Source: Azolla caroliniana (lineage: Eukaryota > Plantae > Polypodiophyta). Taken from it: a DNA stretch of 19,970 nt. The DNA is taken from the NCBI GenBank assembly GCA_043228905.1, contig JBHGNT010000583.1:1-19970 (forward strand). Reading direction: 5' to 3'. Positions 8,034 through 17,618 of this stretch are shown here, piece by piece. The translations under genes and the position numbers were made by a program. The notes under the pieces are model-generated. The model ran no database searches. It was not told the DNA's origin and saw only the letters and a list, made by a program, of their open reading frames with translations. Numbering within the stretch: position 1 is the stretch's first letter; each line of letters starts with the position of its first letter.

Positions 8034-10942
8034 ATGTCTTCTAAGAAGAGCGAGTGCCAAGATACCAGGTAAGCGCTTAACTGTACAGACACTTTTTTTA
8101 AAAGTATGTTTTTCACTCACTAGAACTCGATACTGGGTATCGAGTTAGTTTCTAGATGTCTCTTTTATCATGGGGAACTCGATACGATGTATCAAGTTAC
8201 TGTATAAAACCCTCACTTTTTACAGGAACTTGATACGGCGTATGGAGTTCTTGTTTAAAGTGGGGTTTTATACAAGAACTAGATACGTTGTATCAAGTTC
8301 CTGTTTAAAAATAGTGTTTTATACAGGAACTCGATATGACTTAACGAGTTCCTGTATAAAACTCTCACTTTAAACAAGAACTCGATACGGCGTATCGAGT
8401 TCCTTTATGAACTCTCACTTTAAACAGGAATATTGTGTGTTTGGGGGAACTTATTGATATATGTGTGAAAAGATACCAATTTGATGTCCAATTCAGACAT
8501 TTTTAGCAAAATTTGCTAAATTTTGTAACATTTAGCGCCCTTATTAAAATAGGTTGTATGACCTATAATAACTTAAAATAATATAAAATAACACATGAAT
8601 TACGTTTATGATACCAATGTGACCATACCTTGGCACCAAAATCAAACCTATTGTAATAAAATTCTCAACAATATGGGATATGAAATCAATATGACCATAC
8701 ATATTGTCCAATATGCTACATATCCTTGTAAAATTATGAAGATATATAATTTTCCAAGTTGAATAGCCCTTACTAAATTTAAATTCACAATAAAGGTCTA
8801 CGATGTTCACAGAAAATATGATTGAAATTTAGAGTTTAGCACAAGTCGCTTGCTAGTTTTTCGCTTAGTCTGCTTATCTGTATTTTAATAGGTAAGGTAA
8901 ATCTAGCGAACCAACTAACTTATATTTTAGGACGTCCTTTCTTAAATAGGTCGTTTGAGAACTTGTTGAGGTCCGATTTCAGGGCTCTCCAGTGGAGACC
9001 CAGAAACAAATAGTTCCTCAGAACATGAAGAGAAGAAAAAAGCTTCTCTTCAACGAGGAGACTGAATCTCAACAATTCGACGAAGTTAGCCAAAAGAAAA
9101 TGTTAGGTTCTACTAGTGGTGAGGACCTTCCTGACCGTGCTCTAACGAACAAGGAATGGTGTATGCAATACGTCGACTCTATAAAAAAAGTTGTGTTGTA
9201 TATGACAACGAAGAACGACGACGGTCAGCTTGAGAAAGACACTCCATTTATGTATGGTTGTATTTTACGATTTGACTACGAAAATTTAGATTCGGCCAAC
9301 ATTCTTGTAATGATAGAGTGCTCGAAGGGGGTACGTAAAGTGTACTTTCGGAAGATCAAGTAGTAAAGGAATCTTATGGGCCGGAATCTTTTAGAAAATA
9401 TCTACAAAGGTCACAAAATCTTATTGTCACCTTGAGGCCATATATACAAGGCCATGTAACTCTAAGAGAGCCCTCTACCTCCTCGGTGAAGGCCCCAAAG
9501 AAGGCATCTAAAGTGCAATCGAGACCAGCAAAAAAGAAGACCACTAAAATGTCAGACACCAACTCATCAAGCTCAACCGAAGATGAGGACACTAGGGGGA
9601 TGCCAGGTGCTGAGCTTGCATCTGGTGTGTTGTCATCCGAGAAAAATAAGATTCGGAGAGAGTTAATGTAGCGCAAACTAGTGAGAAAAGGGCAAGTGTT
9701 TAATTTGCCTATAACACACATGCTTTGGCCCCTAGTAGATGTGAAAACAGGACGAAGACCACTTGAGATCAGAGAGCCACACCAAATGCATGTTCAGAAT
9801 CTCAAGAAAAAAATGAAAATAAATCCACATGCTACATTTGTGCCTTTCATTGTGATGATAGATCCCAAAGAATGTTCCACAACTGAGGACATCGACGTGA
9901 GAAAGCATGATCAATACAATTACTTTGTAATTGGTGGATCACATTCGGCTAAAGCATGCCGACAACTTGTTAGAGGGCACCCAACTACTTTCTTCTTCTA
10001 TTATGCCAAGTGCAAAATATACGTGGGCCTCACAACTGAATAGGCAAAGGTTTTGGCATGGGACCACAACAATGACAATGACTATAGGCAGAAAATGTCA
10101 TCTATTGAACGGATAAGGTTCTTCCACCATGAATACCTGGACGTCAAACAAAAGTTTGGTGTGAAACGACACCTCGGCCTATGACGTCAATGCCTTCATG
10201 AGGTCGGCATTGCAGTGGATGATAATGTTAAGTCGGATGGTCTTTGGAAATATGAGTCCTGGTTTCAACTTGCCTTTACAGATGGAGAAGTATGGGACCT
10301 ACAAGATCAAATCTTCTCAATGTGGGAGAATAAGGAGGTCAAGGGTCAACGATAAAAGAAATGTAAGGTAGAACCTTAGGTAGAATTAAAGTCAAAAGCA
10401 GTGAAGAAAATTGATTTGACAATTGAAGAAGCGGCCAACGACATGAAGTTGTCTCTGTGGAGAGCGATGCAAGGTATTAAGGAGGAGCAACTTCTAATCT
10501 TGAAGAAATGGTCATTGAGTTCAATAAGTAAGTCTTTCAAATAGTGATATTCAATTCAATATGATGCAATCGAAAGTTCTAATCTCGTTTTCTAATTTCA
10601 CAGTCATAAGGTGTACATGAAGATCCAAGAAGTTATGATGAAACAACTTGGATGTATAACTTGGGAACAAGTGACTGAGGATTATCCTCTAACATCTTCA
10701 TATACGGCGTTATCCGAGTATTTTATTGCATTCAAGGATTGGGTTAGTATTGGTGTTTTTCATAAAGTTTTCCTCATATGTAGAGGTTGTGTAATAATAC
10801 TTGATGTCTTATTGCTTCTATTAGAAACCGTGTCTTACGCAAGGTGTACGAAATTGAGGAAGAAGGCTCCTTCAAAAAATTTAGCCACAAGAAGGACATC
10901 ACTAGAGATCTTTACTACAACGTGATTTGCGGCGATGTCGTT
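8034..10942 (+). pseudogene. Copy B: N-terminal and central part of the same ParB-MTase gene, truncated just inside the MTase domain
   Basis: Exon 1 is 8034-8068 (MSSKKSECQDT, AG|GTAAGC). Intron 8069-8949 has a CTAAC branch-like site at 8915-8919. The large exon 8950-10527 includes REPHQMHVQNLKKKMKINP...VPFIVMID...YFVIGGSHSAKACRQL...IYVGLTTE*AKVLAWDHN. Exon 10604-10742 is 139 nt, as is A 1901-2039, with 29/46 residues identical. The exon from 10825 ends KFSHKKDITRDLYYNVICGDVV, matching A SFLHKSDPFRQLYYSVYNGDVG. Confidence 0.8.
8123..8402. repeat. Array of 6 palindromic units GAACTCGAT-N7-ATCGAGTTC (array B) in intron 1
   Basis: Cores start at 8123, 8175, 8226, 8276, 8327 and 8378 (spacing 52, 51, 50, 51, 51). 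Arms extend as (TA)CAG...CTG(TA). Confidence 0.92.
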
Positions 10943-10991
10943 GCGGCGATGTCGTTGAGATCGTTGAGATTGGTTTGCGGCGATGTCGTTG
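10927..10991. repeat. Templated filler at the junction between copy B and copy C
   Basis: TTGCGGCGATGTCG occurs at 10927, 10941 and 10975, with (CG)TTGAGAT twice between them. Confidence 0.8.
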
Positions 10992-11290
10992 GGATATGAA
11001 ATCAATATGAACATATATACCCTCCATTATGATACACATCCTTGTAAAATTATGAAGATATATAGTTTTCCAAGTTTAATAGCCTTACTAAATTTGAATT
11101 CACAATAAAGGTTTACCATGTTCACAGAAAATATGATTGAAATTTAGAGTTTCGCACAAGTCGCTTGCTAGTTTTATTCTTAGTTTGCTTATGTGTATTT
11201 TAATAGGTAAGCTAAATCTAGGGAACCAACTAACTTATATTTTCACACGTCCTTTCTTAAATAGGTCGTTTGAGAACTTGTGGAACCGAC

Positions 11291-11592
11291 TGTTGAAGAC
11301 AAGGCCGTCAATGCGGAAGATCAAGTAGCATTCGATTGGGCTTGAGTGCCTGCGTATGACAGTTTCCAAGATCGTGCACAGAGATAGAGAGAGAGAAAGA
11401 GAGGAGGCACAAAAGACTCTTTCTATTCAATAGAAACAATAATACAACCAACCTTACAAAAAGGTTACTAGGTCACTTTATATAGTGACAAACTTAGGGT
11501 AACTACCATTTATGCTAATTACACAAATGGCCCAGACTTGAGCTATACAAAGGGATAGTGTGAATACGTCCATTATACACTTGTATTCGACA
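11291..11592 (-). repeat. 3' LTR (302 bp)
   Basis: TG...CA termini. Differs from 16339-16642 by 3 substitutions and one 2-bp indel in the (GA)n tract, by manual comparison. Confidence 0.97.
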
Positions 11593-11599
11593 CTCCCCC
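11593..11599 (-). promoter_or_regulatory. Polypurine tract
   Basis: GGGGGAG on minus, immediately before the TG start of the 3' LTR. Confidence 0.85.
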
Positions 11600-11785
11600 G
11601 TAATGGGCGTATACATGGGTTATCTAAGATTACAGGTATAAACTTAGGTTCTCGGACATATCAGTTTTGTTCAAGTCGGCAGGGTCCGAAGGCAGAAGGT
11701 CGGACTGGTCGGGTCGGAAGAGTTGAAGCCGATCATTAAGGAACTGATGTCGGTTGTCTGAAACCATCCTGCGCTGTGTCCGGCT

Positions 11786-14700
11786 CTAACCGGATTGGTT
11801 TGTCGTTACGCCCATCTGATGCCGAAGGGACCGAAAGCGGTCTGCCGAAAGACACTTGGTCATTCCATTTGCGACATTGTCGGTTGTGGATATTTTCTCT
11901 AGACCGATTTTCCCTGAAATGACGCAGTCCCGAACGAAGTGATATCGAACGTCGATATGTTTGGAGGCGTTGTGGTGAACCGGATTTTTCGACAAGGCAA
12001 CAACACCTTGACTGTCGCTATAGACAACTGGGGCCGAGTCATGGTCGACTTGTCGAAACGTGTGCGCCAGCCGGCCGAGCCACAAAGCTTCTTTTGCAGC
12101 GTCAGACGCAGCTACATATTCTGCTTCGGTCGTTGAGGTCGCTGTGCACTCCTGAAGTTTCGACTTCCACGAAATTGCTCCATTGCCGAATTTGAAGCAG
12201 TATCCAGTTGTTGATTTCCGACTGTCTATACAGCCGGCGAAGTCCGAGTCGGTGTAACCGACTACGCCTGAGGTTGAGTTCGGACCGAAAAGAATGCCGT
12301 GGTCTTTTGTGCCAGCCAGATATTTGAACACATGCTTGACTGCGTTCCAATGCGATCGGCCAGGATTGTGCATAAATCTGCTAACGACTCCTACGGCATG
12401 AGAAATATCAGGCCGTGTCGCGACCATCAGGTACATAAGGGAGCCGACTGCCGGTGCATACGGTACCGACTTCATATCTTCCCCCTCCGGACCGGATGTC
12501 GGGCAGTCTCGCTGAGAGAGCCGAAGATTCATGGGGAGCGGGGTTGAGGCAGATTTGGCGGATTGCATGTTGAAGCGTTCCAAGACACGTCCGATATAGT
12601 CGGTCTGAGACAAAAAAAGATGTCGTTTATCGCGATGCCGACTAATCTTCATGCCAAGTATGTGTCGTGCCGGACCGAGGTCCTTCATGGCAAACTTCAA
12701 TCGCAATTGCCGAATGAGATCGGCAAGTTCGCCCGCGTGGCGTCCAGAAATTAGCATGTCGTCCACGTAAATGATGAGGAAGATGGGTGATCCATCTTGA
12801 GCTGTGTTGGTAAAAAGACAATGGTCCTCATCGCTTTTGGAGAAGCCGATCGATTGGATGAAGTCGTCGAACTTCTTGTACCATTGTCGCGGTGCCTGTT
12901 TGAGGCCGTATGACTAGATGTTCTTGGCCAGTTGCCACAAAGCCTTTTGGCTGCTCCATATAAATTTCCTCTTCAAGATCACCATGGAGGAAGGCTGTTT
13001 TGACATCTAGCTGAATCAGCTCCAAGTTGTCGGCTGCCACTACGCCGAGTAGAAAACGAAGGGTTGTCATTTTCACCACTGGTGAAAAAATCTCGTCGAA
13101 GTCGACGCCATATTCTTGTCGGAAGCCCTTCGCAACTAATCTGGCCTTGTACTTTGGGGTGGTCGAATCAGACGTCTCTTTTAGTCGATAAACCCACTTG
13201 CAAGGAAGAGCACGTCGATTCTTAGGTAATTCGACCAGATCCCAAGTCTTGTTTGCCCGAATGGAGTGCATTTCCGACTCCATCGCCAGATGCCAGGTGG
13301 CTGAATCGACAGATGTCGATGCTTCTTCGTAAGACGTCGGTTCGCCGGCGTCGGTGAAGAAAATTCCAGGAGAATACCTTTCCGGAGGTTGCGACAGTCT
13401 CTCGGATCGTCGAGGTATGATTGGACTGGTCGTATCGGGTATCGAGGTCGGATGGTCCGAAAGCGAATTATTCTGCTGTGCCGAGTCAGAGTTGTCCGAG
13501 TCGGTAGTGTAAGGTTCAGCTACCCGTGAAGCTGACCGTGTGTTAGGAGCGGGGCCTTCTTGAAGGGTCGGTACATCGGAAAATGTTACCCTTCGGACTT
13601 CGATCGGTGTTTCGACTGATGGATTCATAGCCGACTCGTTGAACACAACGTCCGAACTTCGAACGATTTGTCTGCGTTCGGGGTCCTAGAGTCGGTATCC
13701 CATTTCGCCGTCTGATCCATATCCAAGGAAAATGCATTTCCTGGACCGAGGTGCAAGTTTTCGGCGATCATCTTTCGGAATAAGGGCGTACGCCTCGCAT
13801 CCGAAGATCCTCAGCTTGTCGTAATTCGGCTTACTGCCGATCCATAGTTCCTGAGGAATTTGAAGTCCTAGAGGTCTGCTTGGCGACATATTGATTATGT
13901 GTACTGCCGTGAGTAGAGCCTCTGCCCAGAAGCCATCCGACAGTCCGGAGTGTTGGAGCATGGAAACTATCCGTTCTTGGATTGTCTGATTCATGCGTTC
14001 TGCAATCCCGTTTTGCTCCGGACTGTGTGGTGCCGTAAATTCACGTCGGATGCCGCGTTGTCGGCAGAATTTGACGAATTCTTCTGATTTGAACTCTCCC
14101 CCATTGTCGGTCCGAAAGCATTTCAGTTTTCGGTCAGTTTGATTTTCTACCATAGCGAGCCAATCGGAGAAGATCGAGAAGACACGATCTTTGGTGCGAA
14201 TTGGATAAGCCCACACCTTTTGAGTTGAATCGTCAATAAAACTGACGAAGTAAGAGGCACCGCCGAGAGACTGATGCGGCATTGGGCCACAGACGTCCGA
14301 GTGGACTAAATCGAGAGGTCTCGTTTCTCTTGGTGCTGATGTCGGGTGTGATGCGGCTGCTTGTTTGCCATACTGGCAATGTTCGCAGAATTGATGGTCC
14401 GAGAAGGAGAGTTTAGGGATGTATCCGGCTCTAGATAGGTGCGTAATGCCGGCCTTGCTGAGGTGTCCTAATCTTCTGTGCCATAGTGATGACACAGGAA
14501 TATCCACCAAAAACAGGTTACCCTCTCTGAGCGTAACATGTAACGGATACAGTGAGTGTATCTTGGGTCCTCTAGCAAGCAGGAGGTTCCCCCTGTGGAG
14601 TGTCCACCCTCCCGAAGAAAAACCGGCACGAATGCCGTCTTCATCTAGTTGTCCGACTGAGATCAATGGCCTTGAGAGCTCGGGTACATGTCGGACATTG

Positions 14701-15797
14701 TGAAGTACAAGTGTAGAGCCACCTGCAAGGTTGAGCTCTACTGTGCCGATTCCAATGATGTCACAGTGTTGCGAGTTGCCGACTCGAACTGAGTCGGAGT
14801 GACGGATCGTATATTGCCGAAATTGGGATCGATGAGGGGTCACGTGAAATGACGCGCCCGAATCTAAGAGCCATGTGCTCGATTCTTCAGTCGTGAGCAG
14901 AACTTCTGATCCGACTGGATTTTCGATTGATAGTATATTCGGGTCGTTTGGTAGCACATCAGCTGAGAAGCTGACGTAATTGATCTCCTCATGCCGGCCA
15001 CTCTTCTTGTCTGATTTCTGAGACTTGTCGTTCTTGTTCTTGAGTGCGCGGCAGTCGGCTTTGATGTGTCCGGGTTTCTTGCAATAGTTGCAGATTCGAT
15101 TATCCCGTGACTGGCTCTGTCTTCGCTGATTGTTCGGCTGCCGTGAGGAATCTCTTCCTCGTATGTTCGATCGTTCTGTCGAACCTTGTACTACATAAGC
15201 GTCGTCTGTTGAGTCTTTGGCGAAAGACTTTCTCCGAGCTGCTTCGGTCAGGATTGCGCTCGTGACTTCGGAGTATTTAACAGCCGTGGTTGACGCGTTG
15301 CACACGGTTGTGACGAAAGTTTCCCATGATGAGGGAAGGCTGCTCATGAGTATCATTGCTCTGAGTTCATCCTCGATTGCCGTCCCCTGAGATGAGATTT
15401 GGGAGCTTATGCTTTCGTACTCATTGAGATGTGCTTGAACCGAATCTGATTCTTTCATCCGCAAGTTGTAGAGGCGCCGGATCAGAAACATCTTCGTCGC
15501 AGCGACCTTCTTTTCGTAGGTGTCCGACAGTGTTTTCCACAGTTCGAATGCTGTCGTACACGATTGCACCGTAAAGTATACCGATTCCGATAGGTGCATC
15601 CGAATCGTGGCGCGGACGATTCTGTCCAGCTTCTGCCACTCAATTGGTTTGTATCCTTCTGGAGGTTCTTCATTTTCGATGGGATCGATTTGCCCCTTGA
15701 CTATGAGATAGTCCTGCATTTGCTCCTTCCAGAAGTTGAAGTTCGATCCATCGAACTTTCGTAGACTCATTTCTGACGAGCCGGATGTTGATGTCAT
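11786..15797 (-). pseudogene. Copia gag-pol polyprotein with two lesions
   Basis: Gag KFDGSNFNFWK, CNYCKKPGHIKADC, protease WLLDSGASFH, LWHRRLGH...CEHC, integrase HSDVCG/TDNGGEF/NGIAERMN, RT KARLVAKGF, QLDVKTAFLHG and YVDD, RNase H YTDSDFAG/EAEY. Lesions: TAG at 13686-13688 where GYRLWD is expected, and a frameshifting deletion at ~12911 (EHLV joins YGLKQAPRQW, with the usual CxLxKSL missing). Confidence 0.97.
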
Positions 15798-16324
15798 GAC
15801 TTTGCCCTAAGTCGGCTACGAACTTTGGTGAAGTGCAGCGGTTTGGCCCACTCAGTGTCGTTCTAGCCGAAGTTGGACACAAGTGATGTTGATTACGGAG
15901 AATCGGGGATTTGGTTCGGATTGACTACCGACAACTGTCTTAGTCGAGTTGAACCTAGATTTAACGATCCGACAGTACTTCAAGCCGATTCGGTTTCGGT
16001 TGACTGCAACGGTGAGAGCAATGGAACCGACTGGTCCTTCCGATTATTGTCCAATCGAATGAAACACGAACTGGGGTTGTCCTTGAAGTCGTCGTTGTGC
16101 AGGAAGCCCACCTCAAGCAGTTACGATCAAGGAAGTAGAGTACAGCCGACTGGTTTACTCCGAGTGATGATCTAACACAGCGAGATTCAAGCTTGTGTTT
16201 GCCTACTTTCTTCTCTGTTTCTTCGAATGACGCAAGAAACCGAATGCTTTGTAGACTAGGATGAAGCGAAAGGCCGAATACTGTGCAGGCTGTGATGACG
16301 GCCGACAGCGGGTTGAGGAACCTT

Positions 16325-16336
16325 GCTCTGATACCA
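16325..16336 (-). promoter_or_regulatory. Primer-binding site (initiator tRNA-Met)
   Basis: TGGTATCAGAGC on minus, 2 nt after the end of the 5' LTR. Confidence 0.95.
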
Positions 16337-16338
16337 AA

Positions 16339-16642
16339 TGTTGAAGACAAGGCCGTCAATGCGGAATATCAAGTAGCATTCGATTGGGCTTGAGTGCCTG
16401 CGTATGACAGTTTCCAAGATCGTGCACAGAGATAGAGAGAGAGAGAGAGAGAGGAGGCACAAAAGACTCTTTCTATTCAATAGAAACAATAATACAACCA
16501 ACCTTACAAAAAGGTTACTAGGTCACTTTATATAGTGACAAACTTAGGGTAACTACCATTTATGCTAATTACACAAATGGCTCAGACTTGAGCTATACAA
16601 AGGGATAGTGTGAATACGTCCATTATACACTTGTATTCGACA
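16339..16642 (-). repeat. 5' LTR (304 bp)
   Basis: Near-identical to 11291-11592, flanked by the PBS and the TSD. Confidence 0.97.
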
Positions 16643-17319
16643 CCGACCTGTGAAGAAAATCAAGCTCTGATTTCAGGGCTCTCCAATGGAGACCCTGAAA
16701 CCAATAGTTCCTCAGAACATGAAGAGAGGAAAAAAGCTTCTCTTCAACGAGGAGACAAAATCTCAACCATCCGACGAAGTTAGCCAAAAGAAAATGTTAG
16801 CAGCGACTGGTGGTGAGGACCTTCCTGACCGTGATCTAATGGACAAGGAATGGTGTATGTAGTACGTCGACTCTAAGAAAAAAGTCGTGCTGTATACGAC
16901 AAAGAAGAACGACGACAGTCAACTTGAAAAAGACACTACATTTATGTATGGCAATAGTGTGAAAATCCCATAAAACGTACGAAATCGAGTATGAATCACA
17001 TAATACAATAATTGTGAAGATAACATTTTAAATAAATTTAATATCTAAGTACAAAATGATGGAGGTTTCGAATGCACTTTATTACACGAGAAACGGACAA
17101 CTATATGTCAAGATATGAGGGTATAAAGTTTGTGAAAGGAAAAGAGAAAATTGTGAGATATCCCACATAGGCACGACAAATACGGCTCTCATCATATATA
17201 AGGTAGAGCAAAAGATATTATCTTTGTATCTATGTGTGGAGCATAGAGAGTTCAAGGTAACTTGAACTAAGAGTGGAGGTGGGCTAGCTACTCGTAAAGG
17301 GTTTTGGCCAACCAAAACC

Positions 17320-17507
17320 GGACCGGCGATGGAGCCGGTGATCCGGCGCCAGTGAGACACCGGCATCCGACGGCAATCCGGCGACGGCGAGGTGGCAGCA
17401 TCCGGCGACGGCACCGATATCCGACGTCAACCGGCGACGGCATCCGGCGTCGGTGAGACGACGGCATCCGCTAACCGACGGCATCCGATGAACCGACGTC
17501 CGGTGAC
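17320..17507 (+). repeat. Degenerate GC-rich minisatellite, (GA)CGGCATCCG-like units
   Basis: CGGCATCCG and CCGGCGACGGC recur many times inside otherwise AT-rich LTR sequence. Confidence 0.7.
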
Positions 17508-17547
17508 TAGATAAATAAATATATAAATATATATACATATACAAGGA

Positions 17548-17618
17548 GGGCAAGTAAGGATTCAAACCTTGCACCTCCGAGTTAGGAGTCAATTGGCTTA
17601 CCATTAAGCCATGCCATT
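17548..17618 (-). other. tRNA-derived sequence (Pol III A/B boxes) inside the gypsy LTR, not a functional tRNA
   Basis: Minus strand GGCATGGCTTAATGGTAAGCCAATTGACTCCTAACTCGGAGGTGCAAGGTTTGAATCCTTACTTGCC. A box TGGCTTAATGG, D-arm GCTT/AAGC, B box GGTTTGAATCC within a T-stem AAGG/CCTT. Anticodon and acceptor stems are poor. Confidence 0.55.

Larger units (their letters stand above)
11291..16642 (-). mobile_element. Full-length Ty1/copia LTR retrotransposon (Tork-like), recent insertion
   Basis: Paired LTRs 11291-11592 and 16339-16642, 5-bp TSD CCGAC at 11286-11290 and 16643-16647, Met PBS, PPT, and gag-PR-INT-RT-RH domain order. Confidence 0.98.
10990..16951 (+). pseudogene. Copy C: end of intron 1 and start of exon 2 of the ParB-MTase gene, split by the copia insertion
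   Basis: 10990-11290 aligns with B 8674-8967, and 16648-16951 aligns with B ~8970-9257. Removing the copia and one TSD restores AG|G-SFENLWNRPVKKIKL*FQGSPMETLKPIVPQNMKRGKK. Homology to B stops where the gypsy LTR begins. Confidence 0.85.

Noticed and set aside
8123-8402. CRISPR-like appearance of the regularly spaced palindromes (also 1387-1555)
   Set aside because: The linkers are short and similar to each other rather than unique spacers, there are no cas genes, and array B lies in a spliceosomal intron in eukaryotic DNA.
13686-13688. Programmed stop read-through in copia pol
   Set aside because: The TAG replaces the conserved Trp of GYRLWD after integrase. A TGG>TAG point mutation is simpler, and RT also has a frameshift.
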